Below, piece by piece: positions 21,901 to 31,777 of a stretch of DNA of 64,000 nt (position 1 is its first letter; each line of letters opens with the position of its first letter). Source of the stretch: Acidobacteriota bacterium. GTDB taxonomy: Bacteria; Acidobacteriota; Terriglobia; Terriglobales; Acidobacteriaceae. The notes beneath the pieces are model-generated. The model was not told where the DNA came from and did not search any database. It worked only from the letters and a program-made list of their open reading frames with translations. The stretch lies in assembly GCA_021804655.1 (NCBI GenBank), contig JAJZHE010000001.1:2903-66902 (forward strand), in the 5' to 3' direction. Position numbers and translations under genes: made by a program.

Positions 21901-22757
21901 ACCAGTCGAAGACGGTTCCGTTTTCGGCTTTGATTTCGGGCTTTCCACAATTTGGCAACAGTGCAGTGAACGAAGAAAACCAGACGATCGGCGAGTCTTT
22001 CTTTGAGGATTTGATCGCTCACTGGGAACATCGCGCATCCCATGGCTTGACGTTGACTGCCAACTACAGCTTCTCCAAGCTGATCGAGCAGGATACCTAC
22101 CTCAACAACGAAGACACGCAGCTCACACGGCGGGTCTCTCCGTTTGACCACACACAGCATTTCACCCTGGGCGGGACCTACCAGTTGCCGTTTGGCAAAG
22201 GGAAGATGTTCGATTTTGGTGGCAGCCGCCTGTGGGATGAGATTCTTGGCGGTTATGTCATCAACGGCATCTATCAGTATCAGTCCGGTTCGCCGATTGA
22301 GTTCACTGCGGATATCCCGCTCCAGCCCGGAACCACGCTGCGTCAGATATCCAACCAGCCGCGCAATGCCTCTGCGGTTGGCTCTGGCAATCCTGCGCTG
22401 AGCACGAAAGCGTTTGTGACCGGCAACTCTGCGGCCTGCCCCAGCTCGGGCGCGTGCGATGGAAGCCAGTTCATCAACGGGCAGTACGCTTTCCATCTGC
22501 GCACTCTGCCGCAGACGCTCTCCTGGGTTCGTCAGGATGGATACAACAATCTGGACGCATCGATCCTGAAGGATTTCAACTTCGGTCATGGCGCATACTT
22601 CCAGTTGCGCTTCGAAACGTTCAATACGCTGAACCATGCGGTTTTCAATGCGCCGAATGTGAACAGCGCAACGTCGAGCGACTTCGGATACATCACGAAC
22701 GTTGCCCAGAACAGCTTGCCGCGTCAGGTGCAGATCGGCGGCCGTATCGTCTTTTAG
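18903..22757 (+). CDS. TonB-dependent receptor (Oar-like, N-terminal carboxypeptidase-regulatory-like domain)
   Basis: GTISGTVMDASGAVIPGA, DLPLNGR, VTKSGTNEFHG, QDDWRV, SPRIGFAW, C-terminal Phe. Confidence 0.92.
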   Translation: MPGMRYDSKCGLQLVGPLKSFVHRAVHRLGASENSRSSCFIALQSATLCAVLLLLATFFGGTRVARAQEFRGTISGTVMDASGAVIPGASITVHEVSTGTTNHTVSDAAGEYVIPFLLPGEYSIRATANGFQAIERTGVPLQSQQHAVIDLHMQVGSATESVTVTGAPPQLDSANAAIGSVIDTQSVADLPLNGRTPTTLAELTPGVITTAAPQQIHPFDNNAGNSWSMGGTPNQVSEVLLDGSPDLTLLGALAYAPSEDTVAEVSVRPFDTDASFGHTIGGVVNLVTKSGTNEFHGTAYEFGQISGIDANTYFNNRSNKPTPVFHFNQYGLTFGGPVRIPKVYDGRNKLLFFFAFEGLKDSTPNTATLTVPTDSDPLLGTSSGGERAGDFYQTLAAGCPTGFANDPGSAAAMCNPSGKNTSPYPDPNQLYNPYQVTVNGSSYTRAPILKNQITSAGPLNSIAQAYMKLFPSPNNSPNAAADGQDNYIANAPSVDDYDNEFGRLDYNVSAADHVFFDMRHNFRSQIKNNYFGNGATGTILVRENWGTSLDNVYTLNSTTIFDTRLNWTYFNEVHSTPATAYSPNSLGFPGYMQSASELVQLPFINFQTGNSCGGHSSYQCLGDTGSALDPSTSYQVFTDMVKVIGRHTLKVGFDGRQYRISIQNFGNSSGSFSFNSGFVESGTGAASQTFGGDLATFLLGLPAGGQFDLNARADYHQYYIGSFVQDDWRVTDNLTLNLGIRYDIDTPFREKLGRTVNGFNPTAAINYASTPAFSPVTVSADGGNYSINNINTLGGLTFPNGPNGAVYATNNGFFSPRIGFAWSVNNKTEVRGGFGIFVQPETLSNLNSQGQYSSAALSNQEGFSASTQYVASTNNGETPAGSLSNPFPSGFQQPQGSSQGANTFLGQAISFLAPVEHDPYSERWNIGVQRAITANDMVELMYVGNHALHLPVEIQDLNSPLLPFLTTNPYRDQSIASAYSQSVTNPFYQTLGATNTTGVNQSKTVPFSALISGFPQFGNSAVNEENQTIGESFFEDLIAHWEHRASHGLTLTANYSFSKLIEQDTYLNNEDTQLTRRVSPFDHTQHFTLGGTYQLPFGKGKMFDFGGSRLWDEILGGYVINGIYQYQSGSPIEFTADIPLQPGTTLRQISNQPRNASAVGSGNPALSTKAFVTGNSAACPSSGACDGSQFINGQYAFHLRTLPQTLSWVRQDGYNNLDASILKDFNFGHGAYFQLRFETFNTLNHAVFNAPNVNSATSSDFGYITNVAQNSLPRQVQIGGRIVF

Positions 22758-22774
22758 TCGCGGTAGACTTTCCT

Positions 22775-22813
22775 GTGGCGTGGGGCGCGGTGCGGCTCCA
22801 CGCCATCTTTTTT
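22775..22813 (+). terminator. Intrinsic terminator between TBDR and GH28
   Basis: gtggcgtgggg...ctccacgccat followed by a T-run. Confidence 0.7.
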
Positions 22814-22855
22814 CGGTACACTCATCTCGTCCCTACCTGGGAAAGGATTTTGCCC

Positions 22856-24493
22856 ATGAGTCAGTTTGATGCTTTTCGCCGCAGCTTCCTGCGTACAGGT
22901 GCGGCCGGTCTTGCCGCAGCTTCATTTCCAGCCGCTTCTTTTGCCGCCGCCTCGTCCAATGCAACGGTGGAATCTCTCCGTGCCGATGGCATCTTTCATG
23001 TGCATCAGTACCAAGCGACAGGTGACGGAAAGACGCTGGATACGCGTGCCATTCAGGCGGCGATTGACGCAGCAGCACAGGCTGGCGGTGGGGTGGTGCT
23101 TTTTCCGGCGGGGAACTATCTTTCGTTTTCGCTGCGGATGAAAAGTTTTGTCCATCTGCACCTGATGCAGGGTGCGACGCTGATCGCAGCGGACTCGCCG
23201 TTACCAGGGCAGTCAACCGGCTACAACGGCGGGGTCTACGATGCAGCCGAGCCGAACACGGCATGGAATGCCTTTCAGGACTACGGACACAATCACTGGC
23301 ACAATTCGTTGATCTGGGCGGAAGACATTCACGATTGCAGCATCACCGGCACAGGCTTGATCTGGGGACGTGGACTGTCAAATGGCCGCGGTCGCAAAGG
23401 GGATGGCGCGCCGTTTATCGCCGAGCAGGTCGGCGTGGGCAACAAGGCCATTGCATTGAAAAACTGCCGCAATGTGCTGCTGCGCGATTTCTCGATTCTG
23501 AAGGGCGGCCACTTCGGCATTCTGCTCACGGGCGTCGATAACGTCACTATCGACAACCTGAAGATCGACACGGACCGCGATGGCATGGATATCGATTGCT
23601 GTCAGAATGTGCGCGTCACCAACTGTACGGTGAACTCGCCGTGGGACGATGGCATCTGTCCGAAGTCCAGCTACGCGCTTGGCTATGCGCGCCCGACGCG
23701 CAATGTCACGATCTCCGACTGTTTTGTGACGGGATGTTATCAGCTTGGCAGCGTGTTGGATGGAACGTTTCGCAAATATGCGCCAGAGGATCATATTCCG
23801 CACACAGGGCGCATCAAGTGCGGCACGGAATCGAATGGCGGATTCATCAATATCACGATTGCCAACTGCGTTTTTGAAGGCTGTCAAGGTTATGCGCTGG
23901 AGTCGGTTGACGGCGCGCTGCTGGAAGACGTGACCATCACCAACACGACGATGCGGGATCTGGTGACCGGGCCGATCTTCATGCGTCTTGGCTCGCGGCT
24001 TCGCGGTCCGGCAGGCAAGACGCAGGTCGGCACGCTGCGGCGCATCCTCATCAGTAATCTGGTCTGTTACAACGCGCCTCCTCGATTTGCATCGATTTTG
24101 ACAGGCATTCCCAACTCTTCCATTGAAGATGTGAAGCTCTCGGATATTTATGTGGAAAGCGCAGGTGGAGTGGCAACGTCCGTTCCCGATCTTCCGGAAG
24201 ACGAAAATCAGTATCCCGATCCGAATCGCTTCGGCGAAACGCCATCGTATGGGTTTTATCTCCGACATCTTCGCAATCTGGAGATGAGCCACGTAGAGGT
24301 TGCGCTGCGTCAGCCGGATGTGCGGCCAGCTTTTTCGCTGGTGGAGGTGGATCGCGCGGATTTCTTTGCCATTACCGCGGCGCGCACGCACGGGAATGCT
24401 TTCGCACTCAACAACGTGACGGACCTGCGCATCGGCTGGAGCCGCGCGGCTGACGATATCGCGCTGGCCAGTGTAGCTTCACGCACCCTGTAA
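22856..24493 (+). CDS. Glycoside hydrolase family 28 (polygalacturonase/rhamnogalacturonase-like), Tat-exported
   Basis: RRSFL Tat motif; GDGKTLDTRAIQAAID, DRDGMD, WDDGI, RIKCGTES. Confidence 0.88.
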   Translation: MSQFDAFRRSFLRTGAAGLAAASFPAASFAAASSNATVESLRADGIFHVHQYQATGDGKTLDTRAIQAAIDAAAQAGGGVVLFPAGNYLSFSLRMKSFVHLHLMQGATLIAADSPLPGQSTGYNGGVYDAAEPNTAWNAFQDYGHNHWHNSLIWAEDIHDCSITGTGLIWGRGLSNGRGRKGDGAPFIAEQVGVGNKAIALKNCRNVLLRDFSILKGGHFGILLTGVDNVTIDNLKIDTDRDGMDIDCCQNVRVTNCTVNSPWDDGICPKSSYALGYARPTRNVTISDCFVTGCYQLGSVLDGTFRKYAPEDHIPHTGRIKCGTESNGGFINITIANCVFEGCQGYALESVDGALLEDVTITNTTMRDLVTGPIFMRLGSRLRGPAGKTQVGTLRRILISNLVCYNAPPRFASILTGIPNSSIEDVKLSDIYVESAGGVATSVPDLPEDENQYPDPNRFGETPSYGFYLRHLRNLEMSHVEVALRQPDVRPAFSLVEVDRADFFAITAARTHGNAFALNNVTDLRIGWSRAADDIALASVASRTL

Positions 24494-24498
24494 CGCAC

Positions 24499-27400
24499 CT
24501 ACTGCACGGTTACGGTCACCTGCGTGCTTTGCGTGATGGATCCCGTGGGGCTGGAGGCAGTGATCGTCACCGTGCCGGTGCTTTGCGGCGGAGTTGTGGA
24601 AGAGCTGCTTCCGCCACAACCCAGCATGGCTGAAAATGCGATGAAAGCCACGATCAAGACAGCTATCCAACGTCCGTTGATGTTCACGATTTTTCTGCGT
24701 GCAAGGATGAACAGCGGGAGCGTGAATATCATTCCCAGCCAACGGAGTCCGGCGATTGTGCGGCTTGCGGCTGCGCTGGTTGCAGCAGAAGCAATCGTCA
24801 CGTTTCCGGTTTGTGCAGTGGTGGCGCCGCTGAAGGTGAACGAAGCTGGCACGAAGGAACAACTTAAAGATGCGAGCTTGCTGTTGCAACTCATCGTTAC
24901 ATTGCCCTGAAACCCACCGGTCGGTGTAACGGTCAGGGATACGGCCTGGCTTCCGCCGGCGGTCAGAGTAAGATTTGTCTGCCCTGCAACGAGCGAGTAG
25001 TCGGCCTCAGCGACGGTGATCGTGCTCGATGTGGAAGCTGCATCGTCGGCATTTGCCACAAACGCTGCACTCAGCGCGTTGGCTCCGGGCTGGAGTGTTG
25101 TGGTCAGCGTGGCGGTTCCGCTTGCTGTGAGCGGCGCGCTGCCTAGAGTCGTTCCGCCATCCATGAATTGAACCGAGCCACTGGGTGCGATGCTGGATGG
25201 GGAAGTAACGGTTGCGGTCAGCGTGACGCTTTGCCCTGGATCGATTTGCCCGGTGGAAGCGCTGAGGGTTGTCGTCGTCGGCGCGGTGGTCACGGTGAGT
25301 GTTCCCGGGACCAGCGTGATGGTGTAGTTGGCTGCCAAAAGCGTACCGGCTGCAATCGTGATCGGATAGTCGCCCGGCGCGGATGCTGCCACGGCACTGG
25401 TCGTCAAGACGGGTGCGCCGCTGACCACCGCAGCGCTGTCTCCGTGCACAAATCCGGTGATCGTATCCAGCAGTGGCGGGTTGGCGTCGCCGAAGATACG
25501 CGTTGCATCCTCTGCTGCAACGGTGAGCACGGCTGCGGTTACCTGCACAGTTGCGCTGGCGTTGCTGATGCCGGTGCTGGTTGCTGTCAACGTATACGTT
25601 CCCACGCCGCCGAGGGAATTTCCGTTCAACGAGAACGTGGCAACGCCACCGATTGCGTTTGTCGTCATGGATTCGGAAAAGGATTGCGGGCCGGTGATGG
25701 TGAGCGTCACTGGTGCGGTGCTGCTTGTAACGGGTGATCCGGTTGCGTCCAGCAGATTTATCGTCACTGTTCCCAATGCGCTGCCATAGATGGCTGTCGT
25801 CGGCACTCCGCTCGCAATCGCAAGCTGTGTCGGCGTTGGTTGTTCGGTGATCCGCGCAGGCAGAACCTGCCAAAGCTGGTTGGTTCCGATGGGCGTAATC
25901 CAGTCGGTGTGGATGCTGGCTGGCGCTTCCAGTTCCGGACTTCCGCTTGCGGTGTTGCTGGCCAGCACAAGTGTGCTTCCCGTCTGCTCCACGGTGTATT
26001 GGCCGCCGCCGGCTGTGACCAGATTCCATTGCTGCGAAGTGGCTCCGCTCGACGCTGGTTTCAGCATCACCGTAGTTCCGGATGCTGGCGCGTTGCCAGC
26101 GTCGAGCGCGTACGTTGTCCCTGCGGCGGCGGCACCTGCATCCGTCAAAATCAGGTGGCCGTGGCCGTCGCTTGCAATTGTCCACTGCTGATCGGTAAAA
26201 GTGCCGCCATCGCTTGCCGACAAGCCGAGGGGAATGCCATTGCTGCCTGGAATGCCCGCAGTTCCGAGCACCTTGCCTGTGGCCACGTTCACCAGTTTGT
26301 AGCTTAATGTGGGGTCGAGCCTGCCGCCGAGCGCGTCCACGCCACTCAGAACCGCCGAGTAGTTTGCCGCACTCGTGTTCGTCGCACCTGAGGTATCGGC
26401 ATTGTCAAAGAGTGTCAGCCCATTCCATACGAAAGTGGCGTCAGGCTGTCCATCGCCATTGGTGGTTGCTCCACCGCTGCCGATAGTGTTCACTCCCTCG
26501 GGATCCCAGTAGTCCACTCCAAGGCTCAGATGGTTGGGCAGGTTTTTCATCACACCCGTCAGGTCGATGAGGAACTGCCTTTGTCCAGCGACCGTGGCTG
26601 GATACCAGGGATCGTTGCTCTCGAAGCCGCTCTCGTAGTGCTCGCCGGTTTCCATCACGAAGATGGGTACTCCGATGGAAGTTGCTGCGTCGCTGAGCAC
26701 TGTCTCTTCCACCGGCTTGTTTCCGGGATTTGACTGCGTCGCTTGTGCGTTGGTCAGAGGCCCGTGAAAGAACGGGTAGTAGCTCTGGCAGATGGCGTCA
26801 AAGGGAATTGAGTTCTGCTTCGCTTCGCTGAAGAAACTTGTCAGATTCCATGCAGGAGTGATGTGAATGCAACGAATTGGCGGCGGAATTGCAGCACCCA
26901 AGGACGTGTCGCTGGCTGCATCCAGAACAGCCTGCATGCCCTGCTGCTGCACGGCGGCAAAGCTGCTGAAGCTGGTGCCGGGCGAAGCCAGCGTGCCGAA
27001 GAGTCCGGTATCCACTTCGTTCCCGATGCTGACCATATCCGGCATCGCACCCGCCGCGCGATAGGCTTCGACCTCGCTCTTCACGTAGCTGTAGACGGAG
27101 GACTCAAGCTGCGTGAGTGACTCAGCGGCCCAAGCGCCGGGGATCGACTGCGACGAGCCGCCATCGAAGAAGAGCGTGAGCACGACGGCCATGCCAAGCT
27201 GTTTTGCGCGCTTCGCCAGATTGATATCCGCGTCGTCCGTCTCTGCGTAGCAGCCATTGCCGGTGCAACTGGCCGGTAACGCGCTGGTACCGCTCAACGT
27301 GAGTGTCTGGTAGGGTGGCACCGAAGTCGGGCGGATGCGCACGGTGTTCACGCCGTGATTTTTCATCATTTGCAGCACGTCTGCCGTCTGGCTGGCGTCC

Positions 27401-27987
27401 TGCCACCAGGGCAGCGCAGCGGCTACTCGATCTGCCTCCTGCTTTTCGAGGAGAGCATTATCCATTCCGCGGAAAAACGCTGGACGCAGCAACCATTGCT
27501 GACTTTGTGTCGGAGCGCCGCCTGCTGTGTTCAAGCCGAGAGGCGCACCAGCGCTCGTCGATTGTGCGCTCAGCACCATCTGGCCAGACTGGTTGGTCAG
27601 TGTCAGATATCCGTTCGTGGCAGCGGTCACTGTCCATTGTTGTGTTGCCTGCGACAGGGAGCAGGTGTTCTGGACCACGCTGGATCCGCTGGCAGAGAGA
27701 CAAAGCCCGTTTCCCGCGTTGCTGATGGCCCACAGCCCGCTGGGCAGTCGCGTCAGCGCCCATCGTTGCGTCAAGCTGCTGAAGTTGCGCGTCTCCACGG
27801 TTGCAGCCGTTCCGTTCTGCGCTGTGATGGAGCCGCCGTCAGCCTGCAAGCCTGACAACTGATTGACCAGTGTGTAGCTTTGCCCGTCGATCGGAGCAGG
27901 ATTCACAGGTTCCTGTGGCTGCTGCGCAAGGGCTGAGAATGCCACTGCCAGAGATGAAATCCCTAGGATCAAACTCTTCCACTGCAT
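24499..27987 (-). CDS. Multidomain GH53 endo-beta-1,4-galactanase (ricin-B lectin - GH53 - ricin-B - Ig/MBG/Big domains - C-terminal membrane cassette)
   Basis: GVNTVRIR, SIGNEVD, QSYYPFFHG, VMETG, YWDPEG; QxW repeats; Thr-rich Ig repeats. Confidence 0.85.
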   Translation of the reverse strand: MQWKSLILGISSLAVAFSALAQQPQEPVNPAPIDGQSYTLVNQLSGLQADGGSITAQNGTAATVETRNFSSLTQRWALTRLPSGLWAISNAGNGLCLSASGSSVVQNTCSLSQATQQWTVTAATNGYLTLTNQSGQMVLSAQSTSAGAPLGLNTAGGAPTQSQQWLLRPAFFRGMDNALLEKQEADRVAAALPWWQDASQTADVLQMMKNHGVNTVRIRPTSVPPYQTLTLSGTSALPASCTGNGCYAETDDADINLAKRAKQLGMAVVLTLFFDGGSSQSIPGAWAAESLTQLESSVYSYVKSEVEAYRAAGAMPDMVSIGNEVDTGLFGTLASPGTSFSSFAAVQQQGMQAVLDAASDTSLGAAIPPPIRCIHITPAWNLTSFFSEAKQNSIPFDAICQSYYPFFHGPLTNAQATQSNPGNKPVEETVLSDAATSIGVPIFVMETGEHYESGFESNDPWYPATVAGQRQFLIDLTGVMKNLPNHLSLGVDYWDPEGVNTIGSGGATTNGDGQPDATFVWNGLTLFDNADTSGATNTSAANYSAVLSGVDALGGRLDPTLSYKLVNVATGKVLGTAGIPGSNGIPLGLSASDGGTFTDQQWTIASDGHGHLILTDAGAAAAGTTYALDAGNAPASGTTVMLKPASSGATSQQWNLVTAGGGQYTVEQTGSTLVLASNTASGSPELEAPASIHTDWITPIGTNQLWQVLPARITEQPTPTQLAIASGVPTTAIYGSALGTVTINLLDATGSPVTSSTAPVTLTITGPQSFSESMTTNAIGGVATFSLNGNSLGGVGTYTLTATSTGISNASATVQVTAAVLTVAAEDATRIFGDANPPLLDTITGFVHGDSAAVVSGAPVLTTSAVAASAPGDYPITIAAGTLLAANYTITLVPGTLTVTTAPTTTTLSASTGQIDPGQSVTLTATVTSPSSIAPSGSVQFMDGGTTLGSAPLTASGTATLTTTLQPGANALSAAFVANADDAASTSSTITVAEADYSLVAGQTNLTLTAGGSQAVSLTVTPTGGFQGNVTMSCNSKLASLSCSFVPASFTFSGATTAQTGNVTIASAATSAAASRTIAGLRWLGMIFTLPLFILARRKIVNINGRWIAVLIVAFIAFSAMLGCGGSSSSTTPPQSTGTVTITASSPTGSITQSTQVTVTVQ

Positions 27988-28100
27988 TTTGCTCGGTGGC
28001 TCCTGATGGTGTGCGGTCCAAGATTGGTTGCCGTTTCAGCGCTTGGAACGGGCATGTGAGACATGCGAAGGTGAGCCTATCTGGATCAAATGCGTCCTCC

Positions 28101-28118
28101 ATCCGACGAAAGGAGGAT
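28101..28118 (-). promoter_or_regulatory. Operator copy 1 (ATCCTCC-TTTC-GTCGGAT on minus strand) upstream of GH53
   Basis: Matches copies at 28378 and 39501; TAGGCT -10 lies 21 nt downstream. Confidence 0.7.
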
Positions 28119-28377
28119 TGTGAAGATTTCCTTTTTTCACAGGAGCGTTCGATAATCGTGAAGCTGCATCCTCTCAATCACACGGGGAAGCGTTCGGCGT
28201 TGCGCAACGAACGAACGGCATGTATGTTCGCGCATTCTGTAATCTATTTGACATCAACTGTATCGTTTCCCGTCAGCGATATGCGCGGCGTATCTCAATG
28301 TAAATAAGACTCATATCCTGATATTGTCGATCAAAGAAAAAAGATGCCGAGCTTTCTTGGTATGAAATCGCGAATCA

Positions 28378-28395
28378 ATCCGACTTTGGTCGGAT
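28378..28395 (+). promoter_or_regulatory. Operator copy 2 (ATCCGAC-TTTG-GTCGGAT) upstream of TBDR
   Basis: Perfect 7-4-7 palindrome; TAGCCT 22 nt downstream. Confidence 0.75.
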
Positions 28396-28462
28396 GCAAG
28401 TGGAATCTCTGGCAAGATAGCCTTCTCGCCGTGTTCAGGTTCACTTTTTGGAGGCAACATAC

Positions 28463-31400
28463 ATGAAAACGAATACATTCCGCAGGCTTGCATTTGTGTT
28501 TGCATTGCTTGCCGCTGCTGCGGGATCGGTAAGGGCGCAGAACGCAAATTCGGGTGAAATCAAGGGCCAGGTGACAGACACGACTGGAGCCGCCATCACT
28601 GGGGCCGATGTCGTTTTGCTCAATACCGATACGGGCATTCAGTCCACCACTCAGACAAATCATGCCGGCATTTATGATGTTCCGTCACTGCCCACCGGTC
28701 ACTACAAAATCACTTATAGCAAGCCGGGATTCCGCGATGCAGTTCGCCAGGGGATTACGCTTTCCGTGGCCACGATTGGAGTCAACGCTACGCTGGAGGT
28801 TGGGCAGGCTACGCAAGAGGTAGTCGTGACTGCCGAGGCCCCTCTGCTGCAAACGGAGGATTCAGCACAGCATCTTGATCTCGACGCAAAAGCGGTGCAG
28901 AATGCGCCGATTGTCGGTGGCATCTGGTACAACGAGCTGACGAACCTGTTGCCAGGAGTCAACGGCGGCGGCAGCCAAAGCGCATCGGGGCAGGGAATCG
29001 GCGTCAACGGAACGGAAGGCTACTCTGGAACGTTTCTCATTGAAGGATCGATTGCGCAGGAGCCGCGCGATGCCAACGCGAGCGACAACTATCCGCCCCC
29101 CGATGCGATCGGCGAGGTGAACGTACAGACGAGCAACTTTGGCGCGCAATACGGCGATGGTGTTGCCGACTTCAACGTGATGTTGAAGAGCGGAACCAAT
29201 CAGTTTCACGGCTCGCTCTTCGAGTTCAATCAGAACAACGACTACAACGCGCGCAGTTACTTCGATCGCGCTCCACTTGTGGTTGCGCCGCTGCACTGGA
29301 ATGAGTTTGGCGGCAGCATCGGCGGACCGATCCTTCATAATAAGCTGTTTTTCTTTTTCACCTTCCAGGACAATCCAAACACTTCGTCGAGCGTTTACAC
29401 GACCACCGTGCCGACGCAGGGACAGAACGGGACAGTCAACATGGAGGCCGGATGTTTCCCGGTGCCGGTCAAGAATCCCAGCACTGGGCAGAACTATCCC
29501 AACAACTGCATTACCTCTGGCATGGACCCGGTTGCGCAGAATATCCAGAAGTATTTTCCCGCGCCAAACTTTCTGCAATCCGGAAGCAATCCTTATCTGA
29601 ATAACTACACCGTTGTCGCCGGCAGCACCACCAGCTCCAAGTGGTATGTGGGCAAGGTCGATTACACTCCAAGCCAGAAAAATCGTATCTCCGCTTCATA
29701 CATGATCTTTCCCATCGGACTCACGTATAACGTGGATGGATTCTGTTCGTTGGGTTTTGATTGCACACAAGGCAATAACTACAACGAAGACGGTCAGGTC
29801 ACCGATGTGTGGACAATCAACGATCGCATGGTGAACGAAGCACGCGTGGGCGGAGTGCGCGAAGTGGATAAGTACATTCCTCCGACCTATAACAAAGGTT
29901 ATCCGACTTCGCTCGGCATCGAGCCGACGTATGGCGCGGATGCGCCGGGCAATATCTTCCCGACTGTCACCATCAACAGCGGTGGATCGATCGGCGGAAT
30001 CGGCATCAATGGCGGCGTTCACGCTTTGCTGGCTGACGGCGCACTGGCCGAGTCTGACATCTTCACGCTTATCAAAGGGCGTCATACCATCAAGATGGGC
30101 GGCGAATTTGACAAGAGCTATCAAAACTACACCGGTTGGGGAGATATCTCTTCGGGTAACTTCGTCTTCAGCGGTGTTTCCACCGGCGTTCCCTATGCCG
30201 ACTTTATGCTGGGCGATGTTTATGGCTGGTATGTCTATGATGATGTCGAGACGGGCGCACGCATGTGGAATATGGGAGCCTTCCTTCAGGATGACTACCA
30301 GATCAGTCCAACTTTCACGCTCAACCTTGGCCTGCGCTATCAGTACCAGGGGGGATGGAGCGAAGTGCAGAACCGCTGGGGAACGTTTAGCCCACACGTG
30401 GTGAATACAGGGCAGTACGCACCTGCGGGAACGCTGGGAGCGATGGTTTACGGCGGTCAGGATGGTCGCAACACCATTCAGAACGGGATCAATCAGTGGG
30501 TGCCGCGCATCGGATTTTCGTGGCAGCCGTTTCCCAAATGGGTGGTGCGCGCCAGCTACGGCATCTCCGATCAGCCCTGGTCTGTTGATCCTTATACGGC
30601 AGCGCTTGGCATCGGCCTCAATCCAAACGGCAGCAAGGGATATGGCAATACAGCCGCGTTCAAGTTGAAGAATGGACCCGGACCGGGCGCAGTTTCCTAT
30701 CCTTCTCTGTCGAACCTTTCCAACTCGCAGTACAACTACCAGGATGTGACGTATTATCCGCAGCATCGTCCGAGCACCTATTACCAGGAAGTCTTGTTCT
30801 CGGTGCAGCATGAGTTGCCGTTCCGGATGCTTATCGATACCAGTTATCTCTTCACCAAGGGAACGCACCTTGGATTTACGCGAGATATCAACCAGGTTCC
30901 CGAAGCAGATTTGTCCGGCTATGGCACAAACTATTCCAGTTGCTACAACGATCCCAGCGCGTATCCACTCTTCTGCTCGATTGCGGGCGTGCTCTTCGAT
31001 GGCTACTCCAACTACAGCGCACTGCAACTTCGCGTGCAAAAAGCCACGTCTCACGGCTTGAATTTCCTGTTCAACTACTCCTGGTCAAAGACCATGGATT
31101 CAGGCACGGGTTCGGGCAACAACGCGAGCGTGGATACCTGGCAGAACGCCTTCAACATCGCTTCCAACTACGGCCTGTCCACGCTGGACATGCGCAACTC
31201 CATCAATGGTTCCGTCACCTATGAACTGCCTTTCGGAGCTGGAAAGCGATTTGCTCTGCACGGCGTCACGGATCAGGTGCTGGGCGGGTGGCGCGTCACC
31301 GGCATCTTCCAGGTGCACAGCGGCATTCCCTTTACGGCAACCACTTCCAACAACGGTACGGACGACAGCGGTTCAGAGGCCAATCAGTGCGGCTGTGGAT

Positions 31401-31753
31401 TTGGCTGGCTGCCCAATGTTGTCGGCAACACATCCGTTTCCAATCCATCCGTCAATCAGTGGTTCAACACCGCTGCATTCGCGACGCCAGCAACAGGCAG
31501 CTTCGGCAATGAACGAAGGAATTCGCTCATCGGTCCAAACTGGCGCGATCTTGACCTCAGCCTCGGGAAGACATTCCAATTTCCGCGAGGCATCAACTTT
31601 GAAGTTCGTGCGGATTCCTTTAATTCCTTTAACCACCCGAACTTCTCACAACCGGATGCTGCAACTGGAACCGGAGTCGTTGGCGGAGGCGTGATTACCA
31701 GCACAGCCGCCAGCGGCCGCGACATCCAGCTTGGGGGGCGCTTGACCTTCTGA
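28463..31753 (+). CDS. TonB-dependent receptor (Oar-like)
   Basis: GGAGG SD; GEIKGQVTDTTGA, KSGTNQFHG, QDDYQ, PRIGFSW, C-terminal LTF. Confidence 0.92.
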   Translation: MKTNTFRRLAFVFALLAAAAGSVRAQNANSGEIKGQVTDTTGAAITGADVVLLNTDTGIQSTTQTNHAGIYDVPSLPTGHYKITYSKPGFRDAVRQGITLSVATIGVNATLEVGQATQEVVVTAEAPLLQTEDSAQHLDLDAKAVQNAPIVGGIWYNELTNLLPGVNGGGSQSASGQGIGVNGTEGYSGTFLIEGSIAQEPRDANASDNYPPPDAIGEVNVQTSNFGAQYGDGVADFNVMLKSGTNQFHGSLFEFNQNNDYNARSYFDRAPLVVAPLHWNEFGGSIGGPILHNKLFFFFTFQDNPNTSSSVYTTTVPTQGQNGTVNMEAGCFPVPVKNPSTGQNYPNNCITSGMDPVAQNIQKYFPAPNFLQSGSNPYLNNYTVVAGSTTSSKWYVGKVDYTPSQKNRISASYMIFPIGLTYNVDGFCSLGFDCTQGNNYNEDGQVTDVWTINDRMVNEARVGGVREVDKYIPPTYNKGYPTSLGIEPTYGADAPGNIFPTVTINSGGSIGGIGINGGVHALLADGALAESDIFTLIKGRHTIKMGGEFDKSYQNYTGWGDISSGNFVFSGVSTGVPYADFMLGDVYGWYVYDDVETGARMWNMGAFLQDDYQISPTFTLNLGLRYQYQGGWSEVQNRWGTFSPHVVNTGQYAPAGTLGAMVYGGQDGRNTIQNGINQWVPRIGFSWQPFPKWVVRASYGISDQPWSVDPYTAALGIGLNPNGSKGYGNTAAFKLKNGPGPGAVSYPSLSNLSNSQYNYQDVTYYPQHRPSTYYQEVLFSVQHELPFRMLIDTSYLFTKGTHLGFTRDINQVPEADLSGYGTNYSSCYNDPSAYPLFCSIAGVLFDGYSNYSALQLRVQKATSHGLNFLFNYSWSKTMDSGTGSGNNASVDTWQNAFNIASNYGLSTLDMRNSINGSVTYELPFGAGKRFALHGVTDQVLGGWRVTGIFQVHSGIPFTATTSNNGTDDSGSEANQCGCGFGWLPNVVGNTSVSNPSVNQWFNTAAFATPATGSFGNERRNSLIGPNWRDLDLSLGKTFQFPRGINFEVRADSFNSFNHPNFSQPDAATGTGVVGGGVITSTAASGRDIQLGGRLTF

Positions 31754-31777
31754 TCGCAGACCGCTGTTCACCACGTT

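Noticed and set aside
22454-22855. Apparent N-terminal extension of GH28 overlapping the TBDR
   Set aside because: The Tat signal and SD place the start at 22856, and a terminator hairpin lies within the extension
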